64,000 bases of DNA, taken from NCBI GenBank assembly GCA_013911645.1, contig JACESV010000005.1, positions 57,677-121,676 of the forward strand, given 5' to 3'. Positions 19,370 to 28,894 of the stretch are shown one piece after another (the first letter of the stretch is position 1; the number at the start of each line of letters is the position of its first letter). The notes beneath the pieces were generated by a model, which was not told where the DNA came from, did not search any database, and worked only from the letters and a program-made list of their open reading frames with translations. The position numbers and the translations under genes were made by a program. The stretch comes from Allomuricauda sp. (lineage in GTDB: Bacteria; Bacteroidota; Bacteroidia; Flavobacteriales; Flavobacteriaceae).

Positions 19370-19936
19370 ATGAGCACATTGATCGAGAGACATATTGTTT
19401 CACTCCTTGCGGAAAAAGACGATAAGGCTATTTCCCTACTCTACGAAAATTATGGAGATACACTTTTCGGTGTTGCTTTTAAAGTGGTAAAAGATGAAGA
19501 TTTGGCCCAAGATGTGCTCCAGGAAAGTTTTATCAAAATCTGGAAAAAAGCTGATAGTTACGATGCCTCAAAAGCCAAGCTTTTTACATGGCTATTTCGA
19601 ATTGTGCGAAATACGGCAATAGATAAGTTACGGAGCGTAAATAATAAATCGGACAAGGAAATCCAAATCGACGTTTCAGACGTATATAATGTTGGAGTGA
19701 AGGCTATTAACCCAGAACATCTGGACATCCAAGAAAGCTTGGACAAAATCGAAGATAAGTACAGGGTTGTTCTTGAAGCCCTGTTTTTTGAGGGAATGAC
19801 GCAGCAAGAGGCAAGTGATGAATTGGACATTCCCTTGGGAACCATAAAGTCCCGATTAAAAATCGGGCTAAGGGAACTTGGAAAAATTTACGGTACAACC
19901 ATGGCTTTGCTTCTTTTATTAAATCTATTACCATGA
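19370..19936 (+). CDS. ECF RNA polymerase sigma factor
   Basis: Region 2 (DVLQESFIKIW, TWLFRIVRNTAID) and region 4 (MTQQEASDELDIPLGTIKSR). Confidence 0.93.
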   Translation: MSTLIERHIVSLLAEKDDKAISLLYENYGDTLFGVAFKVVKDEDLAQDVLQESFIKIWKKADSYDASKAKLFTWLFRIVRNTAIDKLRSVNNKSDKEIQIDVSDVYNVGVKAINPEHLDIQESLDKIEDKYRVVLEALFFEGMTQQEASDELDIPLGTIKSRLKIGLRELGKIYGTTMALLLLLNLLP

Positions 19937-20691
19937 AAGAGAAAGTTAAAATATTTTTAGAATCCGATATCTTGGAAAAATACCTTTTGGGAGATACCAC
20001 TAAAGAAGAATCCCAAAAGGCCGAAAGATATATCGCCATGTATCCCGAAGTAAGGGAAACCTACGATATGCTCCAAAAAAATCTGGAGACCTTTGCCAAT
20101 TTGTACGCCAAAAAGACTCCAGAAGGTCTTAAAGAAACCATATTGGCCAGCGCAAAAAAGGAGACAATGGTAAGCAAAAGGTACATGCGCTATGCCGTAG
20201 CGGCCAGTATCGCCATTATGATTTTTGCCGGTTCCTCCCTATTCTTTTGGAACGAAAACAAAACGCTTCAAGAAAAAAATACCATGGTCACCAACCAAAT
20301 CAAGTATTTGGAAAACAACATGAAAGACCAATTGGCAGATATGAGAAACCAATTTATTGTGCTAAATAACCCTGCCACAAAAAAATACCAAGTAAAAGGG
20401 GAACGTGAAGCTAAAGAACTTAAGGCAATCGCTTACATCAACCCAGTCAAAAAACTTTCCTACATCAATGTGAGCAATGTCCCGGAGCTTCCAGAGGACA
20501 AATGCTTCCAAATGTGGGCCGAAGTCAACGGCGAATTGGTAAACTTGGGCGTAATCAAGAATTTTGATGAAAAAGATAAACTTCTTGCGCTTCCTTATGC
20601 CGATAATGCGGTAAGTTACATTACCATTGAACCAAAAGGTGGTAACAACACCCCATCGGTCGACAATATCGTGGCCAACATCAAATATTAA
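19933..20691 (+). CDS. RskA/SigK-type membrane anti-sigma factor
   Basis: ATGA overlap with the sigma gene; LEKYLLG N-terminal domain, one TM, coiled coil, then FQMWA...NLGV...ITIEPKGG RskA-like C-terminus. Confidence 0.88.
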   Translation: MKEKVKIFLESDILEKYLLGDTTKEESQKAERYIAMYPEVRETYDMLQKNLETFANLYAKKTPEGLKETILASAKKETMVSKRYMRYAVAASIAIMIFAGSSLFFWNENKTLQEKNTMVTNQIKYLENNMKDQLADMRNQFIVLNNPATKKYQVKGEREAKELKAIAYINPVKKLSYINVSNVPELPEDKCFQMWAEVNGELVNLGVIKNFDEKDKLLALPYADNAVSYITIEPKGGNNTPSVDNIVANIKY

Positions 20692-20743
20692 GGCTCAACT
20701 TTAAAGAAACCTTAAACCTTCCGCCCTTTAGTAAGGTATTTTG

Positions 20744-20751
20744 TACCTTTG
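20744..20751 (+). promoter_or_regulatory. -7 element TACCTTTG
   Basis: TAnnTTTG overlapping the predicted GTG start, which supports ATG 20767 as the true start. Confidence 0.6.
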
Positions 20752-20766
20752 TGCAAAAGTCAAAAC

Positions 20767-20976
20767 ATGAAGTTAGCATTAGTTACCATCGGGTTATTGG
20801 CCCTTGCCTTTGCAGGTATTGCAATTAAAATCTGGGGGAAAAAGAACGGTGAGTTCGCCGGAACATGTGCCAGCCAAAGCCCTTTTTTGAACAAGGACGG
20901 AGAAGCATGCGGATTTTGTGGCAAACTCCCAGAGGAGCAAGATTGTAAAAGAGATACTGTTACCGACACCCAATAA
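20767..20976 (+). CDS. small membrane-anchored 4-Cys protein, NqrM/DUF539-like
   Basis: 69 aa: N-terminal TM helix, KKN, then GTC(34)...C48GFC51...C60. Confidence 0.7.
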   Translation: MKLALVTIGLLALAFAGIAIKIWGKKNGEFAGTCASQSPFLNKDGEACGFCGKLPEEQDCKRDTVTDTQ

Positions 20977-21005
20977 TTCTTAATTTTTAGGCAAGATTCA
21001 TTTTT

Positions 21006-21566
21006 TTGGAAAAAACCGACGATTCCATCGAGGAGATTATACAAAAGGCAAAAGAAGGAAATCAAATTGCCTTTAGTACACTCTTGGACACTTTTTGGAA
21101 CGATGTTTACGGTTTTCAGATACTTCGCACCAAAAATGAAAATGACGCAGAGGACATAACCATAAGGACATTTTCCAGGGCCTTTGATAAAATCGACACC
21201 TACGATAAAACATATGAGTTTAAGACGTGGCTCATCACCATTTCCAAAAACCTTCATGTGGATCTCCTCCGAAAACGCAAGCGGAGCCTCATGAACGAAA
21301 TGGATTCCCGGGGGGACGAGGTTAAAAAAGTATTGGACGAAACCCCCACGGTCGAGGACCGTTTGATCACGGAGCAAAACCTCGCCCATCTCTTACAGGA
21401 CATCAAAAAATTAAAACCACATTACCAAAAGGTCATCAACCTACGCTATTTTCAGGAAATGAGCTATGCCGATATTGCCAAAGAACTCAACGAACCCGTG
21501 AACAATGTGAAGGTAAAATTGCTCCGGGCCAAAAAACTTTTGGCAGAGATCATCAAAAAAAAGTGA
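21006..21566 (+). CDS. ECF RNA polymerase sigma factor (no adjacent classical anti-sigma)
   Basis: TTG start; DAEDITIRTFSRAF, FKTWLITISKN and MSYADIAKELNEPVNNVKVKL motifs. Confidence 0.9.
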   Translation: MEKTDDSIEEIIQKAKEGNQIAFSTLLDTFWNDVYGFQILRTKNENDAEDITIRTFSRAFDKIDTYDKTYEFKTWLITISKNLHVDLLRKRKRSLMNEMDSRGDEVKKVLDETPTVEDRLITEQNLAHLLQDIKKLKPHYQKVINLRYFQEMSYADIAKELNEPVNNVKVKLLRAKKLLAEIIKKK

Positions 21567-21602
21567 CCTGCTCCAGGGCACAAAGTTTCCTTCCCAGTTT
21601 CG

Positions 21603-21610
21603 TATCTTTG
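21603..21610 (+). promoter_or_regulatory. -7 element TATCTTTG for lipA-gap-kinase
   Basis: TAnnTTTG match 19 nt before the lipA ATG. Confidence 0.55.
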
Positions 21611-21629
21611 TACATCAAATTTATTATGT

Positions 21630-22505
21630 ATGAGCACAAGCGTTGCAGAAAACGTTCTTCCACCCAAAGGAAAACCTAAATGGCTAAGGGTTAAGCTCCC
21701 TACGGGCAAAAAATACACCCAGCTCAGAGGGCTTGTAGACAAGTACGACCTACATACCATTTGCACCTCCGGTAGCTGCCCCAATATGGGTGAGTGCTGG
21801 GGAGAGGGCACCGCTACATTCATGATTTTGGGCAACATTTGTACCCGCTCCTGTGGATTTTGCGGCGTAAAAACCGGCCGACCGGAAACAGTGGACTGGG
21901 CAGAACCCGAAAAAGTGGCCCGTTCCATAAAAATAATGAACATTAAACATGCTGTGCTCACTTCTGTGGACCGCGATGACCTTAAGGACATGGGATCCAT
22001 TATTTGGGCAGAGACCGTTAAAGCTGTTAGACGGATGAATCCAGAAACCACCATGGAAACCCTTATCCCTGATTTCCAAGGAATATCCAACCATTTGGAC
22101 AGGATAATCGAGGTAGCCCCGGAAGTGATTTCCCATAACATGGAAACCGTAAAAAGGCTGACAAGAGAAGTCAGGATTCAGGCTAAATATGATAGAAGCC
22201 TCGAAGTACTGAACTATTTAAAGAAGAACGGAGCAAAAAGAACCAAATCCGGCATTATGCTCGGTCTTGGTGAAGAGGAAAGCGAAGTTATCGCCACTAT
22301 GGAAGACCTTAGAAAGGCCGACGTTGATGTGGTTACCATTGGCCAGTACCTTCAACCCTCCAAAAAGCACTTGCCCGTAAAGCAATTTATTTTGCCCGAA
22401 CAGTTTAAAAAATATGAGGAAATAGGGTTGGAAATGGGCTTTAGACATGTGGAAAGCGGAGCCTTGGTCCGTTCATCGTATAAAGCACACAAACACATAC
22501 ACTAG
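21630..22505 (+). CDS. lipA: lipoyl synthase
   Basis: [12 protein letters not shown] auxiliary cluster motif, radical [11 protein letters not shown] and VRSSY. Confidence 0.97.
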   Translation: MSTSVAENVLPPKGKPKWLRVKLPTGKKYTQLRGLVDKYDLHTICTSGSCPNMGECWGEGTATFMILGNICTRSCGFCGVKTGRPETVDWAEPEKVARSIKIMNIKHAVLTSVDRDDLKDMGSIIWAETVKAVRRMNPETTMETLIPDFQGISNHLDRIIEVAPEVISHNMETVKRLTREVRIQAKYDRSLEVLNYLKKNGAKRTKSGIMLGLGEEESEVIATMEDLRKADVDVVTIGQYLQPSKKHLPVKQFILPEQFKKYEEIGLEMGFRHVESGALVRSSYKAHKHIH

Positions 22506-22522
22506 CTCCCTTCCCCATTATC

Positions 22523-23533
22523 ATGAAAAACATCTCCATTGGCATTAATGGTTTTGGCCGTATCGGTAGAACCCTTTTTAGGCTTTTACTTAACCATCCC
22601 AACATCAAAGTAGTGGCCATAAACGATTTGGCCAATGCAGAAACCTTGGCCCATCTATTAAAATATGACAGCATTCACGGGGTGTTGAATACCGAAGTAT
22701 CGCACAAAGACAATCTGATTCTTATTGATGGCAGGGAAATACCCGTTCTCAATCACAATCATCCCAAGGAAATAGATTGGAAATCGCATAAGGTTGATAT
22801 TGTCGTAGAATCCACTGGAAAGTTTAAAACAAAGGAAGAATTGGAATTCCATATAAAAAATGGGGCCAAAAAAGTGATTCTTTCCGTTCCCCCGTTGGAT
22901 GAATCCATTAAAATGGTGGTTTTAGGGGTTAATGAGAATATCATCAACAACGATGATCAAATAATTTCCAATGCCTCCTGCACCACCAACAATGCCGCTC
23001 CAATGATCAAGGTGATCAATGAATTGTGCGGTATAGAACAGGCATACATCACAACTGTCCACTCCTATACATCGGACCAGAGCTTGCACGATGCCCCCCA
23101 CCGCGACCTTCGCAGGTCTAGAGCGGCAGGACAATCCATAATTCCCACAACAACAGGGGCCGCAAAAGCATTAACAAGTATTTTTCCTGAATTATCCGAT
23201 GTGATAGGCGGATGTGGTATACGCGTTCCCGTTCCCAACGGCTCACTTACGGACATTACATTCAATGTGCTCCAAGAAACTTCTATTGAGGAAATAAATG
23301 CTACCTTTAGGGAGCAAGCGGAAAGTACCCTAAAAGGCATACTCAATTATACCGAAGACCCTATTGTTTCCATCGACATAAACAATAGTTGTTACTCTTG
23401 TACGTTTGATTCTTTGATGACCTCTGTGATTGGTAAAATGATAAAAATCATTGGATGGTATGACAACGAAACTGGATATTGCTCCAGAATTATTGATTTA
23501 ATAGATTTGCTCATAAAGAAAAAATACGTTTGA
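22523..23533 (+). CDS. gap: type I glyceraldehyde-3-phosphate dehydrogenase
   Basis: GINGFGRIGR, SNASCTTN active site, SIIPTTTGAAKA and WYDNE. Confidence 0.93.
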   Translation: MKNISIGINGFGRIGRTLFRLLLNHPNIKVVAINDLANAETLAHLLKYDSIHGVLNTEVSHKDNLILIDGREIPVLNHNHPKEIDWKSHKVDIVVESTGKFKTKEELEFHIKNGAKKVILSVPPLDESIKMVVLGVNENIINNDDQIISNASCTTNNAAPMIKVINELCGIEQAYITTVHSYTSDQSLHDAPHRDLRRSRAAGQSIIPTTTGAAKALTSIFPELSDVIGGCGIRVPVPNGSLTDITFNVLQETSIEEINATFREQAESTLKGILNYTEDPIVSIDINNSCYSCTFDSLMTSVIGKMIKIIGWYDNETGYCSRIIDLIDLLIKKKYV

Positions 23534-25752
23534 TCTTCAACCTTGTAAACAAAAAGATAGGCGAAAAATCGCTGCTTCTATTGTGCATAGTATTATGCAT
23601 CCAGTTTACTTTTGCCCAAAGTGATGGCAATTCCACCTCCGATGTTAAGACCATTTTTAATGAGTTTATGCAATATCGCCACGAAAACAAAGTGGACAAA
23701 GCTTTAGAAACTTTGAACGAGGCTGCCAATATTGCTGAGAGGAATGAGGATTCCAAACTTTTACTGGACACTTATCACCAATATGCACGACTGTTCTTAG
23801 AGGAAGGAGACAGGGAAACAGCTGTTTTTTACTGGGACAGGGCCAGTATTCTTTTAAGGGATACCTCATACTCCTATGGCGAAGCATTCCACTTGTATTT
23901 AGATGCCGCACTGCGGTTTGATGAAGGCAATAACTTTCAAGCATTGAAACAACTGGAAGAATCCAGAAAACTTAGCAATAACAGAAATCTTACCAACAAT
24001 ATACTTTTACTTGAGGCCAGTATCTACACCAATATTGAAAAGTACGATGACGCTGTAAAAAACCTGCATGCCCTAATCGTTAACTCCGATGATAAAGAGC
24101 GTGCCTATTTGGCCACAAGGGCCAACTTACAATTAGCAAGAATAAGCGTGACCCTGGATGACCTTGAAGACGGGATCATCCACTCCAAAGCTGCTCTGGA
24201 ACTAGCGGAAAAGCATGGCTTTTCCAAAGAGATAAAAATTGCCTACGAAAAATTGTCCGGTATTTACGAAGCCAGTGGCAATTACGATGAGTCCCTCGTA
24301 TATGCCAAAGGTTTGGCAAAAATAAAAGATTCCATATTCAATGTGGAAAAGGCCAAGCTAGATGCCGATGCCGCGGACAAGATTCGGTTCGACCACCAAA
24401 TGAACGAACTCAACAAGCTCCAAGCTAAAAATGAGGAGCTCAGTGAATCCAAAAACCGTTCGGAAATAACCGCCATATTAACATCTGCCTTTTTAACCAT
24501 TATCTCCCTTTTGGCAGTTTCACTGTTCAGGAACAATCAAATCAAGCTTAAAACAAACGACCTCCTTTACACCAAAAACAAGGAACTGGAGTTGGCAAGG
24601 GATGCAGCGGTATCTGCCATGCGCGCCAAAACCAATTTCCTGTCAACGGTAACCCACGAGCTCAGGACACCCTTGTATGCCGTTACGGGACTCACCCATC
24701 TATTATTGGAAGAGAACCCCTCGGAGCATCAAAAAGAACATTTAAAGTCATTAAAATTCTCGGGGGAATACCTGCTAAATTTTATCAACGATATTCTTCA
24801 GATCAATAAAATTGATGCCGAAAAACTGGAACCCCTCAATATAGAATTCAAGTTGCACAAAGTGCTGGATGATGTTGTGGATTCGCTCCAACAAAATGCT
24901 CACGAGAAAAAAACAAAACTGATCCTGGATTACGACCCCACCATCCCCAAAAAATTGTTGGGAGACCCCATAAAGCTATCCCAAATTTTTATGAACCTTG
25001 TTGGCAACGCTCTTAAGTTTACCAAAAATGGCAAAGTAGAGGTCTTGGCCAAAATGTTGAAAAAAGATGAAGACCAGGTAAAGTTGTATTTTGAAGTAAG
25101 GGACAATGGAATCGGAATTTCGGAAGAGCAACAAAAAAATATTTTTGAAAGCTTTGAACAAGGTTCCATACAAATCAACAGGGAATATGGTGGCACAGGA
25201 CTTGGGCTCACCATTGTTAAAAGTCTTTTGGGATTGTTTGGAAGCACCATTCACCTTGAAAGTGAGTTAGGCCATGGAAGCTCCTTCTATTTTGAAATGG
25301 ATCTAGATTACGAATCCAAAGAAGGGGAAGAAATCTCTTTTGAGCTCAATCCCGAAGAATTCCAGTTCAAAGGATTGCACGTATTGGTTGTGGAAGACAA
25401 TAAGATCAACCAGGTGATTACCAAAAAAATGCTCACCAAAAAAGAGATTAGTTGCGATATTGCCAATAATGGCAACGAGGCCATTGACCTGGCCAAAAAA
25501 AATACCTACGACGCCATTTTAATGGATATCCACATGCCGGGCATAAGCGGCGAGGAAGCCACGCGGCAAATACGAAAGTTTGACAAAAACATCCCGATCA
25601 TTGCATTGACTGCCATTTCTTTGGATGACAGCCTGGAAAGTTTCTATGAGGCTGGCTGTAACGATGTAATCACCAAACCATTTAAGCCAGAGGTTTTCTA
25701 TCAAAAAATTGGAGAAAACATCTTTAGGAGCAAAATGGAAGGTTCGGTTTAA
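23530..25752 (+). CDS. hybrid sensor histidine kinase/response regulator with TPR-like periplasmic domain
   Basis: N-terminal hydrophobic segment, helical repeats, TM, THELRTPL, NLVGNALKFT, DNGIGI, GGTGLGL and receiver VEDN/LMDIHMP/KPF. Confidence 0.92.
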   Translation: MIFNLVNKKIGEKSLLLLCIVLCIQFTFAQSDGNSTSDVKTIFNEFMQYRHENKVDKALETLNEAANIAERNEDSKLLLDTYHQYARLFLEEGDRETAVFYWDRASILLRDTSYSYGEAFHLYLDAALRFDEGNNFQALKQLEESRKLSNNRNLTNNILLLEASIYTNIEKYDDAVKNLHALIVNSDDKERAYLATRANLQLARISVTLDDLEDGIIHSKAALELAEKHGFSKEIKIAYEKLSGIYEASGNYDESLVYAKGLAKIKDSIFNVEKAKLDADAADKIRFDHQMNELNKLQAKNEELSESKNRSEITAILTSAFLTIISLLAVSLFRNNQIKLKTNDLLYTKNKELELARDAAVSAMRAKTNFLSTVTHELRTPLYAVTGLTHLLLEENPSEHQKEHLKSLKFSGEYLLNFINDILQINKIDAEKLEPLNIEFKLHKVLDDVVDSLQQNAHEKKTKLILDYDPTIPKKLLGDPIKLSQIFMNLVGNALKFTKNGKVEVLAKMLKKDEDQVKLYFEVRDNGIGISEEQQKNIFESFEQGSIQINREYGGTGLGLTIVKSLLGLFGSTIHLESELGHGSSFYFEMDLDYESKEGEEISFELNPEEFQFKGLHVLVVEDNKINQVITKKMLTKKEISCDIANNGNEAIDLAKKNTYDAILMDIHMPGISGEEATRQIRKFDKNIPIIALTAISLDDSLESFYEAGCNDVITKPFKPEVFYQKIGENIFRSKMEGSV

Positions 25753-26747
25753 AACAATGCCTGTAGCGAGCTCTTCAAAACCGCTTCATCTTCGCGGGAA
25801 AAACTGTGGGTTATTTCCAAAAAGTACAGATTTCGCAACCTTCCTTCCAAACGCACAAAGTCTTTTTCGGTGGTCAGCACCATTTGGTACCCTTTAAGTT
25901 GTTCAACCTCCCTGTCTGTAAAGTGGTGGTGGTCCCCAAATTCAAAATGTTCAAACACCATTCCAACAGACTTTAAAAATCGCACCAAAGGTTCCGGCAA
26001 TGCAATACCGGTTACCAAAGCCAATGGTTTCCCTTTTAATTCAGACAATTGGATTTTTTGCTGTCCTCCATCAGTTACAAAATTATTGTACTGCAATGAT
26101 GCAAACAGCACATTCTGATGTTTCTTTGGTTTTAACCTTGCTGTAATTGCATGCCTTTCATCCTCCCGTAATCCTTCGGGACATTTGGTTACAATGATTA
26201 AATCCGCACGTTTGGCCTCCTTTTTTGCATCACGAAGGCTTCCTGTGGGCAAATACCAGTCATCCACATATAAATTATGATACGTGGTAAGCAAAATCGA
26301 AAAAGTGGGTTTCACCTTTCTATGTTGAAAAGCATCATCCAAAACAATAACTTCAGGATCAAACTCACTTTCCAGTTTTTCAATACCATTACGCCTATCG
26401 GTATCAACAGCAACAGCAACTTGGGGAAATTTTCGATGGATCTGATAGGGCTCATCCCCCAATTCCAAAACAGTACTTTCTGTGCCAGCCAAATAGAACC
26501 CTTTTGATTTCCGCTTATATCCACGGCTCAAAACAGCAGTCTTTCGGTGGGTCAATATCCTTAGCAAATATTCTGTCATCGGGGTTTTCCCGGTTCCCCC
26601 AACACTCAGGTTGCCCACGCAAATGGTGGGTGTTTTGTACGATTTGGATGAAAAAATACCCACATCAAACAAAAAGTTTCGCACATAAACCACCAAGGCG
26701 TAGACCAAAGAAATCGGGAACGCTATTTTCCGAAGCAACTGAAGCAT
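25749..26747 (-). CDS. lpxK: tetraacyldisaccharide 4'-kinase (true start ATG 26747)
   Basis: VGNLSVGGTGKTP, LSRGY, LGDEP, LDDAFQH and TTEKD motifs; the longer ORF would overlap nif3. Confidence 0.95.
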   Translation of the reverse strand: MLQLLRKIAFPISLVYALVVYVRNFLFDVGIFSSKSYKTPTICVGNLSVGGTGKTPMTEYLLRILTHRKTAVLSRGYKRKSKGFYLAGTESTVLELGDEPYQIHRKFPQVAVAVDTDRRNGIEKLESEFDPEVIVLDDAFQHRKVKPTFSILLTTYHNLYVDDWYLPTGSLRDAKKEAKRADLIIVTKCPEGLREDERHAITARLKPKKHQNVLFASLQYNNFVTDGGQQKIQLSELKGKPLALVTGIALPEPLVRFLKSVGMVFEHFEFGDHHHFTDREVEQLKGYQMVLTTEKDFVRLEGRLRNLYFLEITHSFSREDEAVLKSSLQALF

Positions 26748-26795
26748 TGAACGAAAATATAATATTTTATCTTTAGCCCACTTAACATTTTTAAA

Positions 26796-27890
26796 ATGAC
26801 CGTTAACGACATAGCAAAAGTGCTTGAAGAATTGGCTCCATTGGCCCATGCCGAGGAGTTTGACAACGTGGGTTTATTGGTTGGAAACCCAAACATGGAA
26901 GTCAAAGGTGTTCTCGTGACCCTAGATACACTGGAAAACGTGGTGGAAGAGGCCATTGAAAAAAAATGTAACCTCATCGTAAGCTTTCACCCAATAATTT
27001 TCAAAGGGCTGAAAAGGCTAACCGGAAGCAACTACGTGGAGCGTGTTGTAATCAAAGCCATTGCCCACAATATTGCGATATACAGCATGCATACGGCCTT
27101 GGACAACAGCAAAATGGGCGTCAATGCCAAAATTTGCGAAGTTTTGGGACTAAAAAATCCGGAAATCCTGATTCCAAGAACCAAAAGCATCAAAAAATTG
27201 ACCACTTATGCTCCCTCGGCAGATGCTGATACTATAAAAATGGCTCTATTTGCTGCTGGTGCCGGTGAAATTGGGAAGTACAGCAATTGCAGCTATAGTT
27301 TGGAAGGCACTGGAAGTTTTAAGGCAGGAAACGGCGCCAACCCCGCTGTTGGAAAAGTTGGCGAAGTACATTTTGAAAAAGAGACGCAAATCAACGTAAT
27401 TTATACTTTTGAAAAGGAAAAAAGCATTCTCAAAGCACTTTTTGATGCTCACCCCTACGAAGAAGTGGCCTACGAAGTGCTTACCCTGGAAAACAGCAAT
27501 CAAGATTTGGGAATGGGAATGATAGGCACTCTCGATGCCGAAATGGATGAAAAAGAGTTTTTACTTTTAGTAAAAGATAGAATGAATGCTTCTGTTGTAA
27601 GGCATTCCAAACTACTGGGAAACAAGGTAAAAAAGGTTGCAGTTCTAGGCGGTAGCGGGGCCTTTGCAATAGGTGCCGCCAAGAAATCCGGGGCCAATAT
27701 TTTTGTGACCGCCGACATTAAATACCACGAATTTTACCAAGCCGAAGACCAACTGGTAATTGCCGATATTGGGCACTTTGAAACTGAGCAGTTTACAAAA
27801 GATTTATTGGTTGATTATCTTACGAAAAAAATTCCTAATTTTGCAGTCTCTTTATCGGAGAGTATAACGAATCCCATCAAGTATTTATAA
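26796..27890 (+). CDS. Nif3-like dinuclear metal-center protein (DUF34) with PII-like insert
   Basis: DNVGLLVG, SFHPIIF, HTALD, HPYEEVAY and GHFETE motifs. Confidence 0.93.
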   Translation: MTVNDIAKVLEELAPLAHAEEFDNVGLLVGNPNMEVKGVLVTLDTLENVVEEAIEKKCNLIVSFHPIIFKGLKRLTGSNYVERVVIKAIAHNIAIYSMHTALDNSKMGVNAKICEVLGLKNPEILIPRTKSIKKLTTYAPSADADTIKMALFAAGAGEIGKYSNCSYSLEGTGSFKAGNGANPAVGKVGEVHFEKETQINVIYTFEKEKSILKALFDAHPYEEVAYEVLTLENSNQDLGMGMIGTLDAEMDEKEFLLLVKDRMNASVVRHSKLLGNKVKKVAVLGGSGAFAIGAAKKSGANIFVTADIKYHEFYQAEDQLVIADIGHFETEQFTKDLLVDYLTKKIPNFAVSLSESITNPIKYL

Positions 27891-27894
27891 ATAT

Positions 27895-28674
27895 ATGGCG
27901 AACAAGAAAGAAAGCACTGTGGAAGAAAAGTTGAGAGCACTGTACGACCTACAGCTTATTGATTCCAGAGTGGATGAAATCCGCAATGTTAGAGGCGAAC
28001 TGCCTTTGGAAGTAGAGGACTTGGAAGACGAAGTTCTTGGTCTTAAAACCCGAATGGACAAATTGAAAACGGATGTTGAGACCATCAACTTTGAGATTGC
28101 TGCCAAAAAGAATCTCATCGATGAGTCAAAAGCGCTTATTAAAAAATACAGCGAACAACAGAAAAATGTAAGGAATAGCCGCGAGTTCAATTCGTTGAGC
28201 AAGGAAGTGGAATTCCAAGAGCTGGAGATTCAATTGGCCGAAAAGAACATTAAAGAGTTCAAAGCTCAAATTGAGCAGAAAAAAGAGGTGATTTCCACAA
28301 CCAAGGAAAAATTATCCGAGCGCGAGGGTCACCTAAAGCACAAGAAAGGTGAATTGGACGCTATTCTTGCAGAAACTGAGAAAGAAGAAAAGGCTCTTCT
28401 GAAAAAATCTGAAGAGTACCAAGACAAAATTGAAGAGCGTTTGATAAAGGCCTACAAAAGAATACGCCAAAACGTAAAAAATGGTTTAGCTGTGGTTCCC
28501 GTAGAACGTGGAGCTTCCGGTGGTTCCTTCTTTACTATTCCACCACAGGTTCAAGTAGAGATTGCAAGCCGCAAAAAAATCATCACCGATGAGCACAGTG
28601 GCAGAATTTTGGTAGATCCTTTATTGGCGGAAGAAGAACAGGATAGAATGGAAAAACTTTTTGCCAAAATCTAA
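27895..28674 (+). CDS. CT398/DUF164-like coiled-coil protein with a degenerate (Cys-less) C4 zinc ribbon
   Basis: LYDLQLID start, long coiled coil, and GASGGSF...DEHSGRIL in place of C-x-x-C...C-x-x-C-GRIL. Confidence 0.88.
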   Translation: MANKKESTVEEKLRALYDLQLIDSRVDEIRNVRGELPLEVEDLEDEVLGLKTRMDKLKTDVETINFEIAAKKNLIDESKALIKKYSEQQKNVRNSREFNSLSKEVEFQELEIQLAEKNIKEFKAQIEQKKEVISTTKEKLSEREGHLKHKKGELDAILAETEKEEKALLKKSEEYQDKIEERLIKAYKRIRQNVKNGLAVVPVERGASGGSFFTIPPQVQVEIASRKKIITDEHSGRILVDPLLAEEEQDRMEKLFAKI

Positions 28675-28697
28675 TCTTCACCATTGGTTAAGAAATT

Positions 28698-28725
28698 AAA
28701 AAAGCCACCTAAAGGTGGCTTTTTT
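28698..28725. terminator. intrinsic terminator
   Basis: AAAAAAGCCACCT-AA-AGGTGGCTTTTTT. Confidence 0.8.
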
Positions 28726-28737
28726 GTTGCTCTTATG

Positions 28738-28821
28738 TGTCATTTTAAATGAGTGAAACGATTGAGAAACCTCCACTGTTTCTAGATTTATCACACTCCT
28801 TTATGTCGGTTCGAAATGACA
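28738..28821. repeat. REP/MITE-like element with TGTCAT...ATGACA termini
   Basis: Terminal IRs TGTCATTTTAA/TCGAAATGACA and internal IR GAGAAACCT (28764)/AGATTTATC (28784). Confidence 0.72.
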
Positions 28822-28894
28822 AATAGGCCACTTCCGGAAAATTCGTGCAAATATATAATCTGACAACACCCCAAAGTCACCTCAAGGAAATAAT

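Noticed and set aside
19221-19370. 49-codon plus-strand ORF (MYVVRVVTPL...QKHH) whose TAA overlaps the ECF sigma ATG (TAATG)
   Set aside because: No promoter or protein-like features, and it lies antisense to the better-supported sRNA/promoter. Probably chance, although Ribo-seq could rescue it as a coupled leader peptide.
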